A stretch of 64,000 nt of DNA, from positions 17,001 to 81,000 of the forward strand of contig DEKJ01000003.1 in the NCBI GenBank assembly GCA_002353825.1, read 5' to 3'. Under the pieces are notes generated by a model. The model was not told where the DNA came from. It did no database searches and was given only the letters and a program-made list of their open reading frames with translations. Below are positions 45,625 through 56,280 of the stretch, piece after piece. Source of the DNA: Prevotella sp. UBA2725. Its GTDB lineage: Bacteria; Bacteroidota; Bacteroidia; Bacteroidales; Bacteroidaceae. Both the position numbers and the translations under genes were made by a program. Each line of letters starts with the position of its first letter. Position 1 is the stretch's first letter.

Positions 45625-47685
45625 TTATTTTATCTCTGTGTTGACATACTGATACCACACCTGTGCCTTGTGGGCTGCTTGTTTATCGGCATGCTTCAAT
45701 GGGATCTCGACTGTGGTTCCGTCTGCCATCCACTTCACGCTATATTGGCGGACGCGGCGGACGGGGGAGAGGACGGTGAGGTGTCCACGCTCATAATAGC
45801 CTAAATCCTGATAGGTTGCCATGAACGCACGAGGCGAATAGGTTGGAGAGAAGACGTTGGTACCTGCAAACCGTACCTGGACATGCAGATGGAGCATCGA
45901 CAGCAGTGTAGGCATGACGTCAATCTGCGAGCATGTCTTCTTGAATGCTTGGGGAACGATGAAGCCCGGACTGTAGACGAGGCAAGGGATGTGATACTTG
46001 TCGAGCGGCAGACTTGTCTTGCCGGCGCTGGAGGCACAATGGTCGGCAATGACGATGAAAACAGTGTTTTTGAACCATGATTTCTTGGAGGCTTGCGAGA
46101 GGAACCGCCCGATGGCGTAGTCGGTGTATTTCACGGCAGCGTCGCGACACTGGGGATTACCGTCAAACTGGATACGGCCTTCCGGATAGGTGTAAGGCCG
46201 GTGGTTGCTCGTCGTCATGATCTGCGCAAAGAAAGGCTTGCCTTTCCTACTGTCAACATCGAAGACCTGCAAGCCTTTGTCGAAGATATCCTCATCGCAG
46301 ACGCCCCAGATATTCTCAAAGTGGATATCTTTCTGCGCGATAGAGGCACGATCGATGACTTCATAACTGTTGTGTGAGAAATAGTCGCGCATGTTGTCGA
46401 AATAGCTGTCGCCTCCATAGAGGAACTGTACGGTATAGTCTTGTTTCTTTAGTACAGAGCCAACCGATAAGTTACCCATGTGGTTCTCCGGTCGTTTGAT
46501 GATACTCTCGCCGGCCGATGGCGGAATGCAGAGTGATAGCGCTTCAAGGCCTCGTACCGTGCGGTTGCCGCAGGCATAGAGACTGTCGAAGACGAGACTC
46601 TTGCTGACGAGTCGGTCAAGATTCGGCGTGATATGATTCTGATTGCCATAGCGTGTCATGAAGTCGGCGCTCAGACTCTCCACTGTGATGAGTACAATGT
46701 TCTTGCGTAGTGGGCTCAGGCTGTCTCCAAGCATCTTTTCACCCTTTTTATTGAGTCCGGCTTGCTGACGGTATTCGGCTACACACGTTTGTTGCGGCAT
46801 CATCGGATAGAACTTCTTATAGTCGAGCGTGTTGCTGCGGAAGGCAATGACGAAGTCGCAGGCGCCGTTTTGTTCCAACTGGTTCACATACTGGTCGCCG
46901 CTGTCTAAGCCATGTGTCCAGGATACTAAGCCAAAGCTGCACAGACAGAGAACGACATAGACTGCTTCGTTGCGGACCAATGGCCGCCACTCGCTGACGG
47001 TATCTAAGTGGATGCGGAGGAAATGAGCTTGAAGCCAGATGATCAGTGCTGTTAAGGCTATGAGTATCGCCATCAACGGCACGATGTTGTAGCTCTCCAT
47101 GATATTACCGATGACCTCATTGGTATAGACGAGATAGTCGACAGCGATAAAGTTATAGCGCACGCCAAACTCCTGCCAAAAGAAATACTCACCGGCAGAG
47201 ATGCAGAGCAGTAAAAATATGTATACAGCCCACAAGGCATAGACCGATACGCGTCGCCAGGCCGAACGGATGCCGGGAATGAGCCAGCGCAATGAGAAGC
47301 TGATAGCTTTCCAACCAAAGAAGATGCGAGCCACCATCGGGGCACCACCACCGTACTGTTTGAAGATGGAGAATGGCATCCAGGAATAGATGAAAGCCAG
47401 CCACCACAGTGCTCCGAAGAGATAACTCCATGGCTTATTGTATTTCCACGTGTTGAGGCCTGGGGCGATGACAGCCATCGGGATGCACAAGAGAACGCCC
47501 ATGCCTAAGTCGGATAGGAAACCAACGGAAAGGCTGCGCAGTATTTCGCCTACCGTGTAAGAGGCGTCGGCGGGAGAGGCGGCTATTAACACAAAGCGGA
47601 GCAGGAAACCTACAAAGATGTAGGTTACGAGGAAACTCACGAAGACGAAAGGAATAGGTCTTCTCAGAACATTCGATCCATTCAT
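45625..47685 (-). CDS. LTA synthase family / sulfatase-fold membrane protein
   Basis: N-terminal TMs; ITVESLS, GNRTVRG, TTSNHRPY, IADH. Confidence 0.9.
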   Translation of the reverse strand: MNGSNVLRRPIPFVFVSFLVTYIFVGFLLRFVLIAASPADASYTVGEILRSLSVGFLSDLGMGVLLCIPMAVIAPGLNTWKYNKPWSYLFGALWWLAFIYSWMPFSIFKQYGGGAPMVARIFFGWKAISFSLRWLIPGIRSAWRRVSVYALWAVYIFLLLCISAGEYFFWQEFGVRYNFIAVDYLVYTNEVIGNIMESYNIVPLMAILIALTALIIWLQAHFLRIHLDTVSEWRPLVRNEAVYVVLCLCSFGLVSWTHGLDSGDQYVNQLEQNGACDFVIAFRSNTLDYKKFYPMMPQQTCVAEYRQQAGLNKKGEKMLGDSLSPLRKNIVLITVESLSADFMTRYGNQNHITPNLDRLVSKSLVFDSLYACGNRTVRGLEALSLCIPPSAGESIIKRPENHMGNLSVGSVLKKQDYTVQFLYGGDSYFDNMRDYFSHNSYEVIDRASIAQKDIHFENIWGVCDEDIFDKGLQVFDVDSRKGKPFFAQIMTTSNHRPYTYPEGRIQFDGNPQCRDAAVKYTDYAIGRFLSQASKKSWFKNTVFIVIADHCASSAGKTSLPLDKYHIPCLVYSPGFIVPQAFKKTCSQIDVMPTLLSMLHLHVQVRFAGTNVFSPTYSPRAFMATYQDLGYYERGHLTVLSPVRRVRQYSVKWMADGTTVEIPLKHADKQAAHKAQVWYQYVNTEIK

Positions 47686-47792
47686 GATAATTTTACTTTA
47701 TTGTTCTATCCCTTAAACGAATTACTCTATATATTATTGTAGAAGGATAGATTTATTATTGAAAAGCCAACGAACTCTTCCGAAGATTGTTT

Positions 47793-47933
47793 TTTCACAC
47801 GAATTTTAAAGATCTTAAAGATGGCTACGCTATCCGCTACGCTGTGGAGAGCGCCCACTAGGGGTGCTCCTACGGGTATGTGTAGCCGCAAAGCGGCGTA
47901 ATAATCTTTAAGATCTTTAAGATCCGTGTGAGA
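47793..47933. repeat. About 140-bp palindromic MITE/REP-like element (family A)
   Basis: Collinear with 29333-29474. Confidence 0.85.
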
Positions 47934-48015
47934 ATAATCTATGTGAGAAAGAACACTGGGGGCGGCCTCTGCAAACAATACCGAAGCATTATTTAGCGTG
48001 TCAGGTCATCGTCCG

Positions 48016-48103
48016 TCGAACGTCCGCCGATTGTTTGTCGAACGTCCGCCAATTGTTTGTCGAACGTCAACCAATTGTTTGTCGAACGTCGAACAATTGT
48101 TCG
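48016..48103. repeat. 22-bp tandem repeat x4 (tcgaacgtccgccaattgtttg)
   Basis: Units at 48016, 48038, 48060, 48082. Confidence 0.9.
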
Positions 48104-48164
48104 ACGTACGGCAGACAATCTCGTTGACGAGATATGGCAAACTCATTTAACGATAGTGAGCTTA

Positions 48165-50444
48165 TCATTCAACCACCGTGAGCTTGACAGAATTGACATC
48201 TCGACTGTTCGGTCCAATCATGATGTCGAAGTCACCTGGCTCTAAGACGGTGTTGCCATTAGCATCATAATAGCTGAGTGTTGAGGCATCTATGTCGAAA
48301 GACACCGTCTTGCTCTCACCTTTTGCGAGATGGATGCGCTGGAAACCTTTGAGTTCTTTTACGGGTCTGACGATGCTCGCAAAGCGGTCGTGAATGTAAA
48401 ATTGCACGATTTCATCGCCATCACGGGTACCTGTGTTCGTGATGGTGGCAGTTGCTGTAACTTTGCTACCTTTCTTTATCGTTGTGGCAGAGAGAGTTAC
48501 GGGACTGTATTTATACGTGGTGTAGCTCAGTCCGTATCCGAAGGGGTAGAGCGGTCCCTGGGGCACATCCGTATAGTTGCTCTGATATTTGCGGAACACC
48601 TTGTTGCCATCTTCTACGGGGCGACCTGTATTCAGATGGTTGTAGTAGAGCGGCTCTTGGCCTGTTGTGCGTGGAAGGCTGTTCACGAGTTTTCCTGTTG
48701 GCACCTTGTCACCGAAGAGCACGTCGCAAAGTGCGTCGCCTGTCTCTGAGCCAGCAAACCATACGTTCATGATGGCCGGTACATGCTCTGCTTCCCAGGA
48801 GAGCACCGTGGGGCGACCGGCAAAGTTGAGCAGTACTACCGGCTTGCTTGTTGCTACTAAAGCTTTTAGCAATCGGGCTTCAGCATCGGGCATGTTGAGG
48901 TTGGATCGGGCTGAACTCTCACCGCTCATCTCAGCCATTTCTCCGAGGCAAGCCACGATGACATCGGCCTTTTTCGCTGTTTCTACGGCTTCATTGAGGA
49001 GCTGCTGGGTGTTACCGCGTGGGATCGGGCGGCCAAACTCCACGGCAGCTTGTTGGATACTGTCATCGTAGATATTGGAGCCTTGAGCATAGAGCACAGT
49101 TGCATTGTTGCCAAGGTAGCGTTGCATGGCTTCCTTGACCGTACTGTATTTCTCAGGTGTGTCACCGGTCGACCAACAGCCGGGAAGGTTGTTGCGGTTG
49201 TCGGCAAGCGGGCCTATGAGTGCGATGGAACCGTGCTTTTTCAGTGGCAGGAGGTTGTTCTCGTTCTTCAGCAGGACGAAGGTCTGTGCAGCAATGTCGC
49301 GAGCCGTCTGCCGATGGGCGGCGGTGTAGAGGTCGTTCTTCTCTCGCTTCATGTCGCAGTAGCGATAAGGATTGTCGAAGAGCCCGAGCTTGTATTTAGC
49401 CTCGAGGACGCGACGTACCGCCTGGTTGAGTTCCTCCATCGTCACGGAGCCATCAGCGAGGCAAGCCTTGAGCTGAGCGGTATAAGCACCGGAGCACATG
49501 TCCATGTCTGTTCCGGCTTTCATAGCTTGTGCCGAACTTGTCTTCTGATCGCCGAATCCCCAGGATGTCATCTCGTTGATTGAACCGTAGTCGGTGACGA
49601 GGAATCCGTTGAAGCCCCATTGCTTCCGCAGTACATCGGTCAGCAGCCAGCGGTTGCCTGTAGCCGGGATGCCGTCGACGATATTGAATGATGACATCAC
49701 GGAGCCGACACCTGCCTTTACGGCAGCCTTATAAGGTGGCAGATACTGGTTGTACATACGCAGGCTGCTCATGTCAACGGTATTGTAGTCGCGCCCGGCC
49801 TCTGCGGCACCGTAAAGCGCATAGTGCTTCAGACATGCCATGAGTTCGTTGGCAGCATAGCCTTTCTGTTCTCCGCTGCCCTGGTAACCCCGTACTGCTG
49901 CTGCTCCCATAACAGAAGAAAGATAAGGATCCTCACCATAGCCTTCCGCCACGCGGCCCCAGCGGGCGTCGAGCGCTACGTCGACCATCGGACTGTAGTC
50001 CCAGCAGATGCCGCTTGCCGTCGCTTCTTCAGCAGCCATGCGTGCTCCGGCCTCAATAGCGTCCGGGTTCCAAGAGCAGGCTTGGGCGAGAGGAATCGGT
50101 AATACTGTTTCAAAGCCATGGATGACATCGAGGCCAAAGATGAGTGGGATGTGCAGGCGACTCTTCTTCACTGCCACTTCCTGTAAGGCTTTGATCTTTG
50201 CGACACCTTTGGTGTTTAGCACGGCCCCGAGCTGTCCGTTCTCGATGAGGCTGACAAGCGGCGAGTTGGTCTTGGCACCTGTCGTGAGGTCGGTGCCGGG
50301 CATAAGGTTGAGTTGTCCGATCTTCTCTTCTACGGTCATCTTACTCATGAGGTCATCGATAAATGCTCCCATAGGCTTCTTCTGGGCGAAGAGCGAACTA
50401 GAGAAGAGAAGGAGCGATGTTAGTAATACAGTTGCTTTCTTCAT
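48165..50444 (-). CDS. bglX: GH3 beta-glucosidase BglX-like
   Basis: GLDVIHG, RWGRVAEGYGED, KHYALY, VTDY nucleophile, FnIII-like C-terminus. Confidence 0.93.
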   Translation of the reverse strand: MKKATVLLTSLLLFSSSLFAQKKPMGAFIDDLMSKMTVEEKIGQLNLMPGTDLTTGAKTNSPLVSLIENGQLGAVLNTKGVAKIKALQEVAVKKSRLHIPLIFGLDVIHGFETVLPIPLAQACSWNPDAIEAGARMAAEEATASGICWDYSPMVDVALDARWGRVAEGYGEDPYLSSVMGAAAVRGYQGSGEQKGYAANELMACLKHYALYGAAEAGRDYNTVDMSSLRMYNQYLPPYKAAVKAGVGSVMSSFNIVDGIPATGNRWLLTDVLRKQWGFNGFLVTDYGSINEMTSWGFGDQKTSSAQAMKAGTDMDMCSGAYTAQLKACLADGSVTMEELNQAVRRVLEAKYKLGLFDNPYRYCDMKREKNDLYTAAHRQTARDIAAQTFVLLKNENNLLPLKKHGSIALIGPLADNRNNLPGCWSTGDTPEKYSTVKEAMQRYLGNNATVLYAQGSNIYDDSIQQAAVEFGRPIPRGNTQQLLNEAVETAKKADVIVACLGEMAEMSGESSARSNLNMPDAEARLLKALVATSKPVVLLNFAGRPTVLSWEAEHVPAIMNVWFAGSETGDALCDVLFGDKVPTGKLVNSLPRTTGQEPLYYNHLNTGRPVEDGNKVFRKYQSNYTDVPQGPLYPFGYGLSYTTYKYSPVTLSATTIKKGSKVTATATITNTGTRDGDEIVQFYIHDRFASIVRPVKELKGFQRIHLAKGESKTVSFDIDASTLSYYDANGNTVLEPGDFDIMIGPNSRDVNSVKLTVVE

Positions 50445-50682
50445 ACGTTTATAGATTTGAAAGTTATTCCTTGTTTCATTGATGCAAAGTTAAGAAAAAA
50501 GTGACTATCGCACAATAATTGATACCACTTTCTATAGACTTTCTATTTCTGATTAAAACATTGTGTCTCAAATAAATAGTAGAATTAATGCTTTTCTTTA
50601 AACCACTTTCTTTCTATATAGTCTTTTCTTGCTATCATTTTTTTATTAAATTTGCATACAAGTAAATTCTAAAATATGAGAC

Positions 50683-52926
50683 ATGAAAAGACTAGCGATT
50701 AAAACTAAGCATTTAGCAGTGCTTGTGATTTCTGCATTCTTGCTTTTTCCGTCTGTGGCGGTGATGGCACAGCAGCAGTCGGAAGGTATTGAGCAACAAG
50801 TGGAAAATTATCTCTCCCGTATGACACTCGATGAGAAGATTGCTGTGATTCATGCACAAAGCAAGTTCTCAGCTCGTGGAGTTCCCCGCCTCGGACTTCC
50901 TGACTTCTGGACCGACGACGGTCCTCACGGTGTGCGTCCTGACGTGCTGTGGGATGAGTGGGAACAGGCTGGCCAGACCAATGACTCGTGTGTCGCCTTC
51001 CCTGCGCTGACGTGCCTTGCGGCGACGTGGAACCCTTCCTTGGCGCACCTCTATGGCAAGAGCTTGGGTGAAGAGGCACTTTATCGGGGCAAAGACATGA
51101 TTCTAGGTCCGGGGGTCAACATCTACCGCACGCCGCTCAATGGCCGCAACTTCGAGTACTTAGGCGAAGACCCGTATCTCTCGTCCACAATGGTTGTGCC
51201 TTATATACAAGGTATGCAGGAGAATGGGGTAGCGGCTTGCGTGAAGCACTATGCACTGAACAACGATGAAGAGCATCGCTTTCAGGTCAATGTCAAGGTC
51301 TCTGACCGCGCCCTGCATGAGATCTATCTGCCTGCATTCAAGGCAGCCGTGGAGAAAGGCCATGTGTGGGCACTCATGGGAGCGTATAATCTCTACAAGG
51401 ATGAGCACAACTGCCACAACGAGTATCTGATCAACAAAATTCTCAAAGGCGACTGGAAGTTTGATGGTGTTGTGGTGAGTGATTGGGGCGGTACTCATGA
51501 TACCGATCAGGCTGTGAAGAATGGACTTGACATGGAGTTTGGCACGTGGACGAATGGCTTGAGTGCTGGTGTGTCCAATGCCTACGACAACTATTATCTT
51601 GCCAATGCTTATAAGAAAGGCATATTGAATGGGAAATATACAGAGAAAGAACTCAACGACAAGGTGCGTCGCGTGCTTCGCCTCTATTTCCGCACGACGA
51701 TGGCACAGCGTGGCCACGGCTTCCTTTGTTCTGAAGCACATTATGATGCAGCGAAGAAGATTGCCGAAGACGGCATCGTGCTGCTTCAGAATAAGGGCAA
51801 TGTCCTGCCTATGGTATTCAATGGCCAACGCAAGCGTGTGCTTGTGGTCGGCGAGAATGCCATCAAGATGATGACCGTTGGTGGTGGTAGCTCATCACTG
51901 AAGGTGCAACGGGAAATCTCGCCACTCAAAGGTCTGCAGGACCGCCTAAAAGATATTGCTGATGTTGAGTATGAGCGTGGCTATGTAGGTGATACGACCG
52001 GTAGCTATAATGGCGTGACGACCGGACAGAATCTCAAGGACAGCAGGTCGAAACAACAGCTCATCGATGATGCAGTAGAGAAAGCAAAGAAAGCGGACTA
52101 TGTCATTGTCTTTGGAGGACTGAATAAGAGCGACTATCAGGATTGTGAAGGCCATGACCGCAAGCAATACGGACTGCCTTATGCACAAGATAAGTTGTTG
52201 GAGGCTTTAGCGAAGGTTAATAAGAAACTCGTCTTTGTCAATATCTCCGGCAATGCTGTGGCGATGCCTTGGAAAGATGAGGTACCGGCTATTGTGCAGG
52301 GATGGTATATCGGCTCGGAGGCTGGCGAGGCACTTGCTGCCGTGCTGTGTGGAGATGCCAATCCGTCGGGTAAATTGCCATTCACGTGGCCTGCTTCATT
52401 GAAGGATGTCGGCGCCCATGCCTTGGATGCTTATCCGGGTGTATGGCGCAAGGGACATAAGATTATTGACGAGGAATATAAGGAAGGCGTCTATGTCGGT
52501 TACCGTTGGGCTGATGCTCATAAGACCCACCCGCTCTTCGCTTTTGGTCATGGACTAAGTTATACTTCTTTCAAACTTGCGAATCTCCGCCTCTCCAATA
52601 CAGCGATGACACCTGAAGATAGCTTGAAGGTGACTGTGAGCGTGACGAATACCGGCAAACGGGCTGGTGCTGAGGTCGTGCAGCTCTACATTCATGATGA
52701 CGAAGCCAGTGTGGACCGTCCCTATAAAGAACTGAAGGGCTTTAGCAAAGTGTTCCTGCAGCCCGGCGAGACAAAGGACGTTGAGATGACGATCGGCAAG
52801 GATGCTCTGAGCTTCTATGATGAAACAACTTCATCTTGGAAGGCAGAGCCTGGCACATTCACGGTACTTGTAGGTGACGCCTCAGATAATATTACGCTGA
52901 AGAAAGGCTTTCGCTTGGAGAAGTAA
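50683..52926 (+). CDS. GH3 glycoside hydrolase (exported)
   Basis: DDGPHGVR, PLNGRNFEYLGEDP, KHYALNN, VSDW. Confidence 0.93.
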   Translation: MKRLAIKTKHLAVLVISAFLLFPSVAVMAQQQSEGIEQQVENYLSRMTLDEKIAVIHAQSKFSARGVPRLGLPDFWTDDGPHGVRPDVLWDEWEQAGQTNDSCVAFPALTCLAATWNPSLAHLYGKSLGEEALYRGKDMILGPGVNIYRTPLNGRNFEYLGEDPYLSSTMVVPYIQGMQENGVAACVKHYALNNDEEHRFQVNVKVSDRALHEIYLPAFKAAVEKGHVWALMGAYNLYKDEHNCHNEYLINKILKGDWKFDGVVVSDWGGTHDTDQAVKNGLDMEFGTWTNGLSAGVSNAYDNYYLANAYKKGILNGKYTEKELNDKVRRVLRLYFRTTMAQRGHGFLCSEAHYDAAKKIAEDGIVLLQNKGNVLPMVFNGQRKRVLVVGENAIKMMTVGGGSSSLKVQREISPLKGLQDRLKDIADVEYERGYVGDTTGSYNGVTTGQNLKDSRSKQQLIDDAVEKAKKADYVIVFGGLNKSDYQDCEGHDRKQYGLPYAQDKLLEALAKVNKKLVFVNISGNAVAMPWKDEVPAIVQGWYIGSEAGEALAAVLCGDANPSGKLPFTWPASLKDVGAHALDAYPGVWRKGHKIIDEEYKEGVYVGYRWADAHKTHPLFAFGHGLSYTSFKLANLRLSNTAMTPEDSLKVTVSVTNTGKRAGAEVVQLYIHDDEASVDRPYKELKGFSKVFLQPGETKDVEMTIGKDALSFYDETTSSWKAEPGTFTVLVGDASDNITLKKGFRLEK

Positions 52927-53047
52927 ACACCAATCTGAAGAATAAAAGACGGTTTCGATATTATTTATCCGATAAAAACATTAACTTTGCACAATAATGT
53001 ATAAGCGAATGTTTTTATCGGATTTTTTATTCGGAAAGGTATAGACT

Positions 53048-54259
53048 ATGCAACAGATAATCAAGCATTTCACCGACGACGACCTCTATAAGTTCTCCAT
53101 GTGCTGCGCCGTCATTGACAACTACCCGCGTGCACAGGTTAAATATGCGTTTGTAGACCGCAACAACACAGTTTACCCCGAGGGCTTTGCTGAGCTTGTC
53201 AAGGAGCAGATCAAGATGTTGGAGAATGTCGTCATCACGGATGAGGAGATTGCTTTCATGCGCCGCAAATGCTATTACATGCCCGAGTGGTTTTTCACTT
53301 ACCTCCGTGGCTTCCGCTACGACTCGCGCTGGACACACGTCAGTCAGGATGCTGAAGGACACCTGCATATCGAGTTTGAGGGTGCTTGGAGCGATACCAT
53401 TCTGTTGGAAGTGAAGGTGCTCGCCATTGTCTCGGAACTCTATTATATGGTGACGGGATTGAACAAGGACTTCGACTACGACGATTATTACAAGCGTACC
53501 TACGAGAAGGGAGAGAAGTTGCTCTCTGCCGGATGTATCTATAGTGACTTTGGCACACGCCGCCGTGCTTCGTTCAAGGCTGAGGATGTCATTGTCAGGG
53601 CTTTCCGCGACTGTCAGCAGAGTTGCTCTGACTGGAAGGGCCGATTCGTAGGTACGAGCAATGTCTACCTCGCTATGAAATATGACCTCACGCCGGTCGG
53701 TACGATGGCGCATGAGTTTATCTGTGCTATCGGCGGTATGTACGGCCCGCAGATGGCTAACAATATCGCAATGAACGCTTGGCGTCATACGTTCAATGGA
53801 GCACTCGGTACTTATCTCTACGACTCCTTCGGCTGGGATATCTTTGCGCTTAATTTCTCCGAAGACTTTGCCAATCTCTTCAAGGGTCTGCGTGTGGATA
53901 GTGGCGATAACCGTAAGGAGTTGGCTAAGATCGTGGCGAAATATAAGTCGCTGAACATCGACAGTCGTACAAAGCAGGTCATCTTCTCCAATGCGCTCAC
54001 GACCGATGAGGCTATCGAGATTCAGGAGTATGCCTCAAAGGTTGTCAAGCCCTCCTTCGGTATCGGTACCCATTTCACGAACGACTTCCCGCATGTGGCT
54101 CCAATGAATACGGTCATCAAACTTGTGGCTGCGAAGATCACCGAGTCCTGGCCTTTCTATAACGACACGTGCAAGATCTCAGAAGACGATGGTAAGCATA
54201 CGGGTAAGCCGGAAGTGATAGAAAGATTCATGAAAGCTATACACTACACGAAGGGCTGA
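53048..54259 (+). CDS. pncB: Nicotinate phosphoribosyltransferase
   Basis: DDDLYKFSM, DFGTRRR, GTMAHE, RVDSGD, FGIGT. Confidence 0.95.
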   Translation: MQQIIKHFTDDDLYKFSMCCAVIDNYPRAQVKYAFVDRNNTVYPEGFAELVKEQIKMLENVVITDEEIAFMRRKCYYMPEWFFTYLRGFRYDSRWTHVSQDAEGHLHIEFEGAWSDTILLEVKVLAIVSELYYMVTGLNKDFDYDDYYKRTYEKGEKLLSAGCIYSDFGTRRRASFKAEDVIVRAFRDCQQSCSDWKGRFVGTSNVYLAMKYDLTPVGTMAHEFICAIGGMYGPQMANNIAMNAWRHTFNGALGTYLYDSFGWDIFALNFSEDFANLFKGLRVDSGDNRKELAKIVAKYKSLNIDSRTKQVIFSNALTTDEAIEIQEYASKVVKPSFGIGTHFTNDFPHVAPMNTVIKLVAAKITESWPFYNDTCKISEDDGKHTGKPEVIERFMKAIHYTKG

Positions 54260-54296
54260 ACGGATTAACGAGTGAACGAATCAATGGGTGAACTGC

Positions 54297-54926
54297 TTAA
54301 TAATAGAACAGTTCGCCCATAGCTTTTCCCCAATGACCTTTGCGAAGATCATCGGGGTGCATGAAGATATAATACATGCCACAGTCGTAAAAGCGTAATC
54401 CCCAGCGGTCTTCTTCGTCAATCTGCAAGAGGCATACGTCTCCTGTGTGAGCCTCTTGCACTTCATCTTGATAAGGTTCGCCAAGCATCCTTATCCCATC
54501 TCCCGTCTTGTTGTTATCAAGGCTAAACACCATCTCTTCTGCTTCGCGGAAGATACTCTCTGACGTGCCTTCCCAATGAATATCATAAGGATGTAGATCG
54601 TTTATGTTGTCTGTATATAGCACAACGGGCGGCTCATGATAATCTAAAGGACTGTCCGTCTCTCCGAGGAAATAATCGAGTGGTGCGAAGAAATAGAGCA
54701 TGCCAGTCTGCGGCAATATATGGTCGAAATCGAACTTTGCTATTTCTTCGCATCGGACTTGACAAATGAAGGTCAGCGGTTCCTCATAATTACCATCCTC
54801 ACCCAGTATCGTTACCGTTGGATAGGGTGTGTCTGCCGGTAAGTCCGGAGCTCCCCACCAATGACTCTTGCCGATGAGAGTGGCATTCATTGTCTTCGTT
54901 TCTATTCTGATTGCCATAATATTCAT
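54297..54926 (-). CDS. DUF1963 (YwqG-like) protein
   Basis: SHWWGAPDLP...PLTFICQVRCEEI...GMLYFF; LLQIDE...DCGMYYIFM..DDL. Confidence 0.8.
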   Translation of the reverse strand: MNIMAIRIETKTMNATLIGKSHWWGAPDLPADTPYPTVTILGEDGNYEEPLTFICQVRCEEIAKFDFDHILPQTGMLYFFAPLDYFLGETDSPLDYHEPPVVLYTDNINDLHPYDIHWEGTSESIFREAEEMVFSLDNNKTGDGIRMLGEPYQDEVQEAHTGDVCLLQIDEEDRWGLRFYDCGMYYIFMHPDDLRKGHWGKAMGELFYY

Positions 54927-54949
54927 CTTTAATGTGAAGAGTAATCCAG

Positions 54950-56266
54950 TTAAGAGTAAGCATCGTAGCGTCCGTCGTCGTCTTCCTCATCCTCATCATC
55001 TCCAGTGATCTCTTCCATTCGATTTAGTTCTTCTTCCATCTTTTGTTCGAATTGCGGGAGATAGATCTGCTCTATTGGAGCGGCATGATGGTCGAGCATA
55101 CCTTTCCTGTATCCTTCGATGACAGTCTGTAGCGTATCACCGCGCAGCATCAGTGCTTTGTAGGCACATTCGTAGGCATAAGCCTCGTCGTATTTCTTGG
55201 GCGCTGTTCGGTCGTTGAGAATCATCCGGACCAGCGCAGAGAAGCAGGAAGGCTCACGCAGCAAGGCTCCTGCTGAGTACCATTTCCATGCCTCACCATA
55301 ATCTCTCGGAAAGCCATACAACCCTTCCTCGTAATAACCTCCTAAGTAGAGAGGGGCAATAGACTCGCCGAGCAAGCTTGCATAGCGCAGATCGTCGAAG
55401 AGCGATTGATGGATCGCCGCCTTGTCCTCATCTGCCAAGTCATCGTAGAGTTCCTCGTATATGAGCATGGGATAAGCAAGGAAAGCCTCAGAAGCTGTCA
55501 CTTCACGAGCCTTATCCATGATGTTCAGGAATTCCTCGCGATCCTCTACGTTGCCGTTGTCGTCACAGCAACTATAATAGGCTTGCCAGAAGTAGGCGGA
55601 ACTGCATCCTTTGCGGGCGGCAGTTTCATAGTTGTATAGCGCATTGCTCACGCGCCCAAGCTGAATGTCCGCATCCCCCATTAGACTGTAATAGATTGGG
55701 TCCGGCACTTCGTGGTTGCGGATTGCTTTACTGATAATCTGCTCGATCTTGTCATAGGCCTGCTCTGGAGCCTTCTCCTTTTCGAACTGGCCATAGATGG
55801 CATCGCGTAGTTCTTGTTGGATAGCCTTCTCGCTACCTTCGTCAGCAGCCACTTTCGTCAGTCTGCGATAAAGAGCCACATCCGCCTCTCCATAGTCGCC
55901 GTCACGATACGTCAGCGCTAAGAAAGCACGGGCATCCGAGATACGTGCGTTGAGATAGGCCGAGATATAACAGTCTCGTTTAATGCGGTTGGAACTTTCC
56001 GACTGGGGAATACAGTCGTGAAGACGAGCCACAGCATATTCCATATAAGGATTGCCGCTGTTGGCTAATTGGTTTATCCTTGCAGCGTCTTCCTGGAGCA
56101 ATGCCACATTGTTACGTTGCCGGAGCAGACTCAGGAAATAACGCTGATGATCCTCGTTGTGCTCTATGTCTTCAGCGGCAGCCCAGAAAGCCTCCCGCAC
56201 TTTATAGTCGAGGATGAGTTGCTGTATTGAGTTCATGTCCACTTTGCTTTTCATTGTTTCAATCAT
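54950..56266 (-). CDS. Sel1-like/TPR repeat protein
   Basis: ARAFLALTYRDG, ALYNYETAARKG, LGGYYEEGLYGFPRDYGEAWKWYSAGA. Confidence 0.8.
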   Translation of the reverse strand: MIETMKSKVDMNSIQQLILDYKVREAFWAAAEDIEHNEDHQRYFLSLLRQRNNVALLQEDAARINQLANSGNPYMEYAVARLHDCIPQSESSNRIKRDCYISAYLNARISDARAFLALTYRDGDYGEADVALYRRLTKVAADEGSEKAIQQELRDAIYGQFEKEKAPEQAYDKIEQIISKAIRNHEVPDPIYYSLMGDADIQLGRVSNALYNYETAARKGCSSAYFWQAYYSCCDDNGNVEDREEFLNIMDKAREVTASEAFLAYPMLIYEELYDDLADEDKAAIHQSLFDDLRYASLLGESIAPLYLGGYYEEGLYGFPRDYGEAWKWYSAGALLREPSCFSALVRMILNDRTAPKKYDEAYAYECAYKALMLRGDTLQTVIEGYRKGMLDHHAAPIEQIYLPQFEQKMEEELNRMEEITGDDEDEEDDDGRYDAYS

Positions 56267-56280
56267 TCAATCTTTCAATC

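Noticed and set aside
45625-47685. Lipoteichoic acid synthesis in a diderm
   Set aside because: LTA-synthase-family sulfatase-fold proteins are widespread in Bacteroidota; no supporting pathway genes nearby
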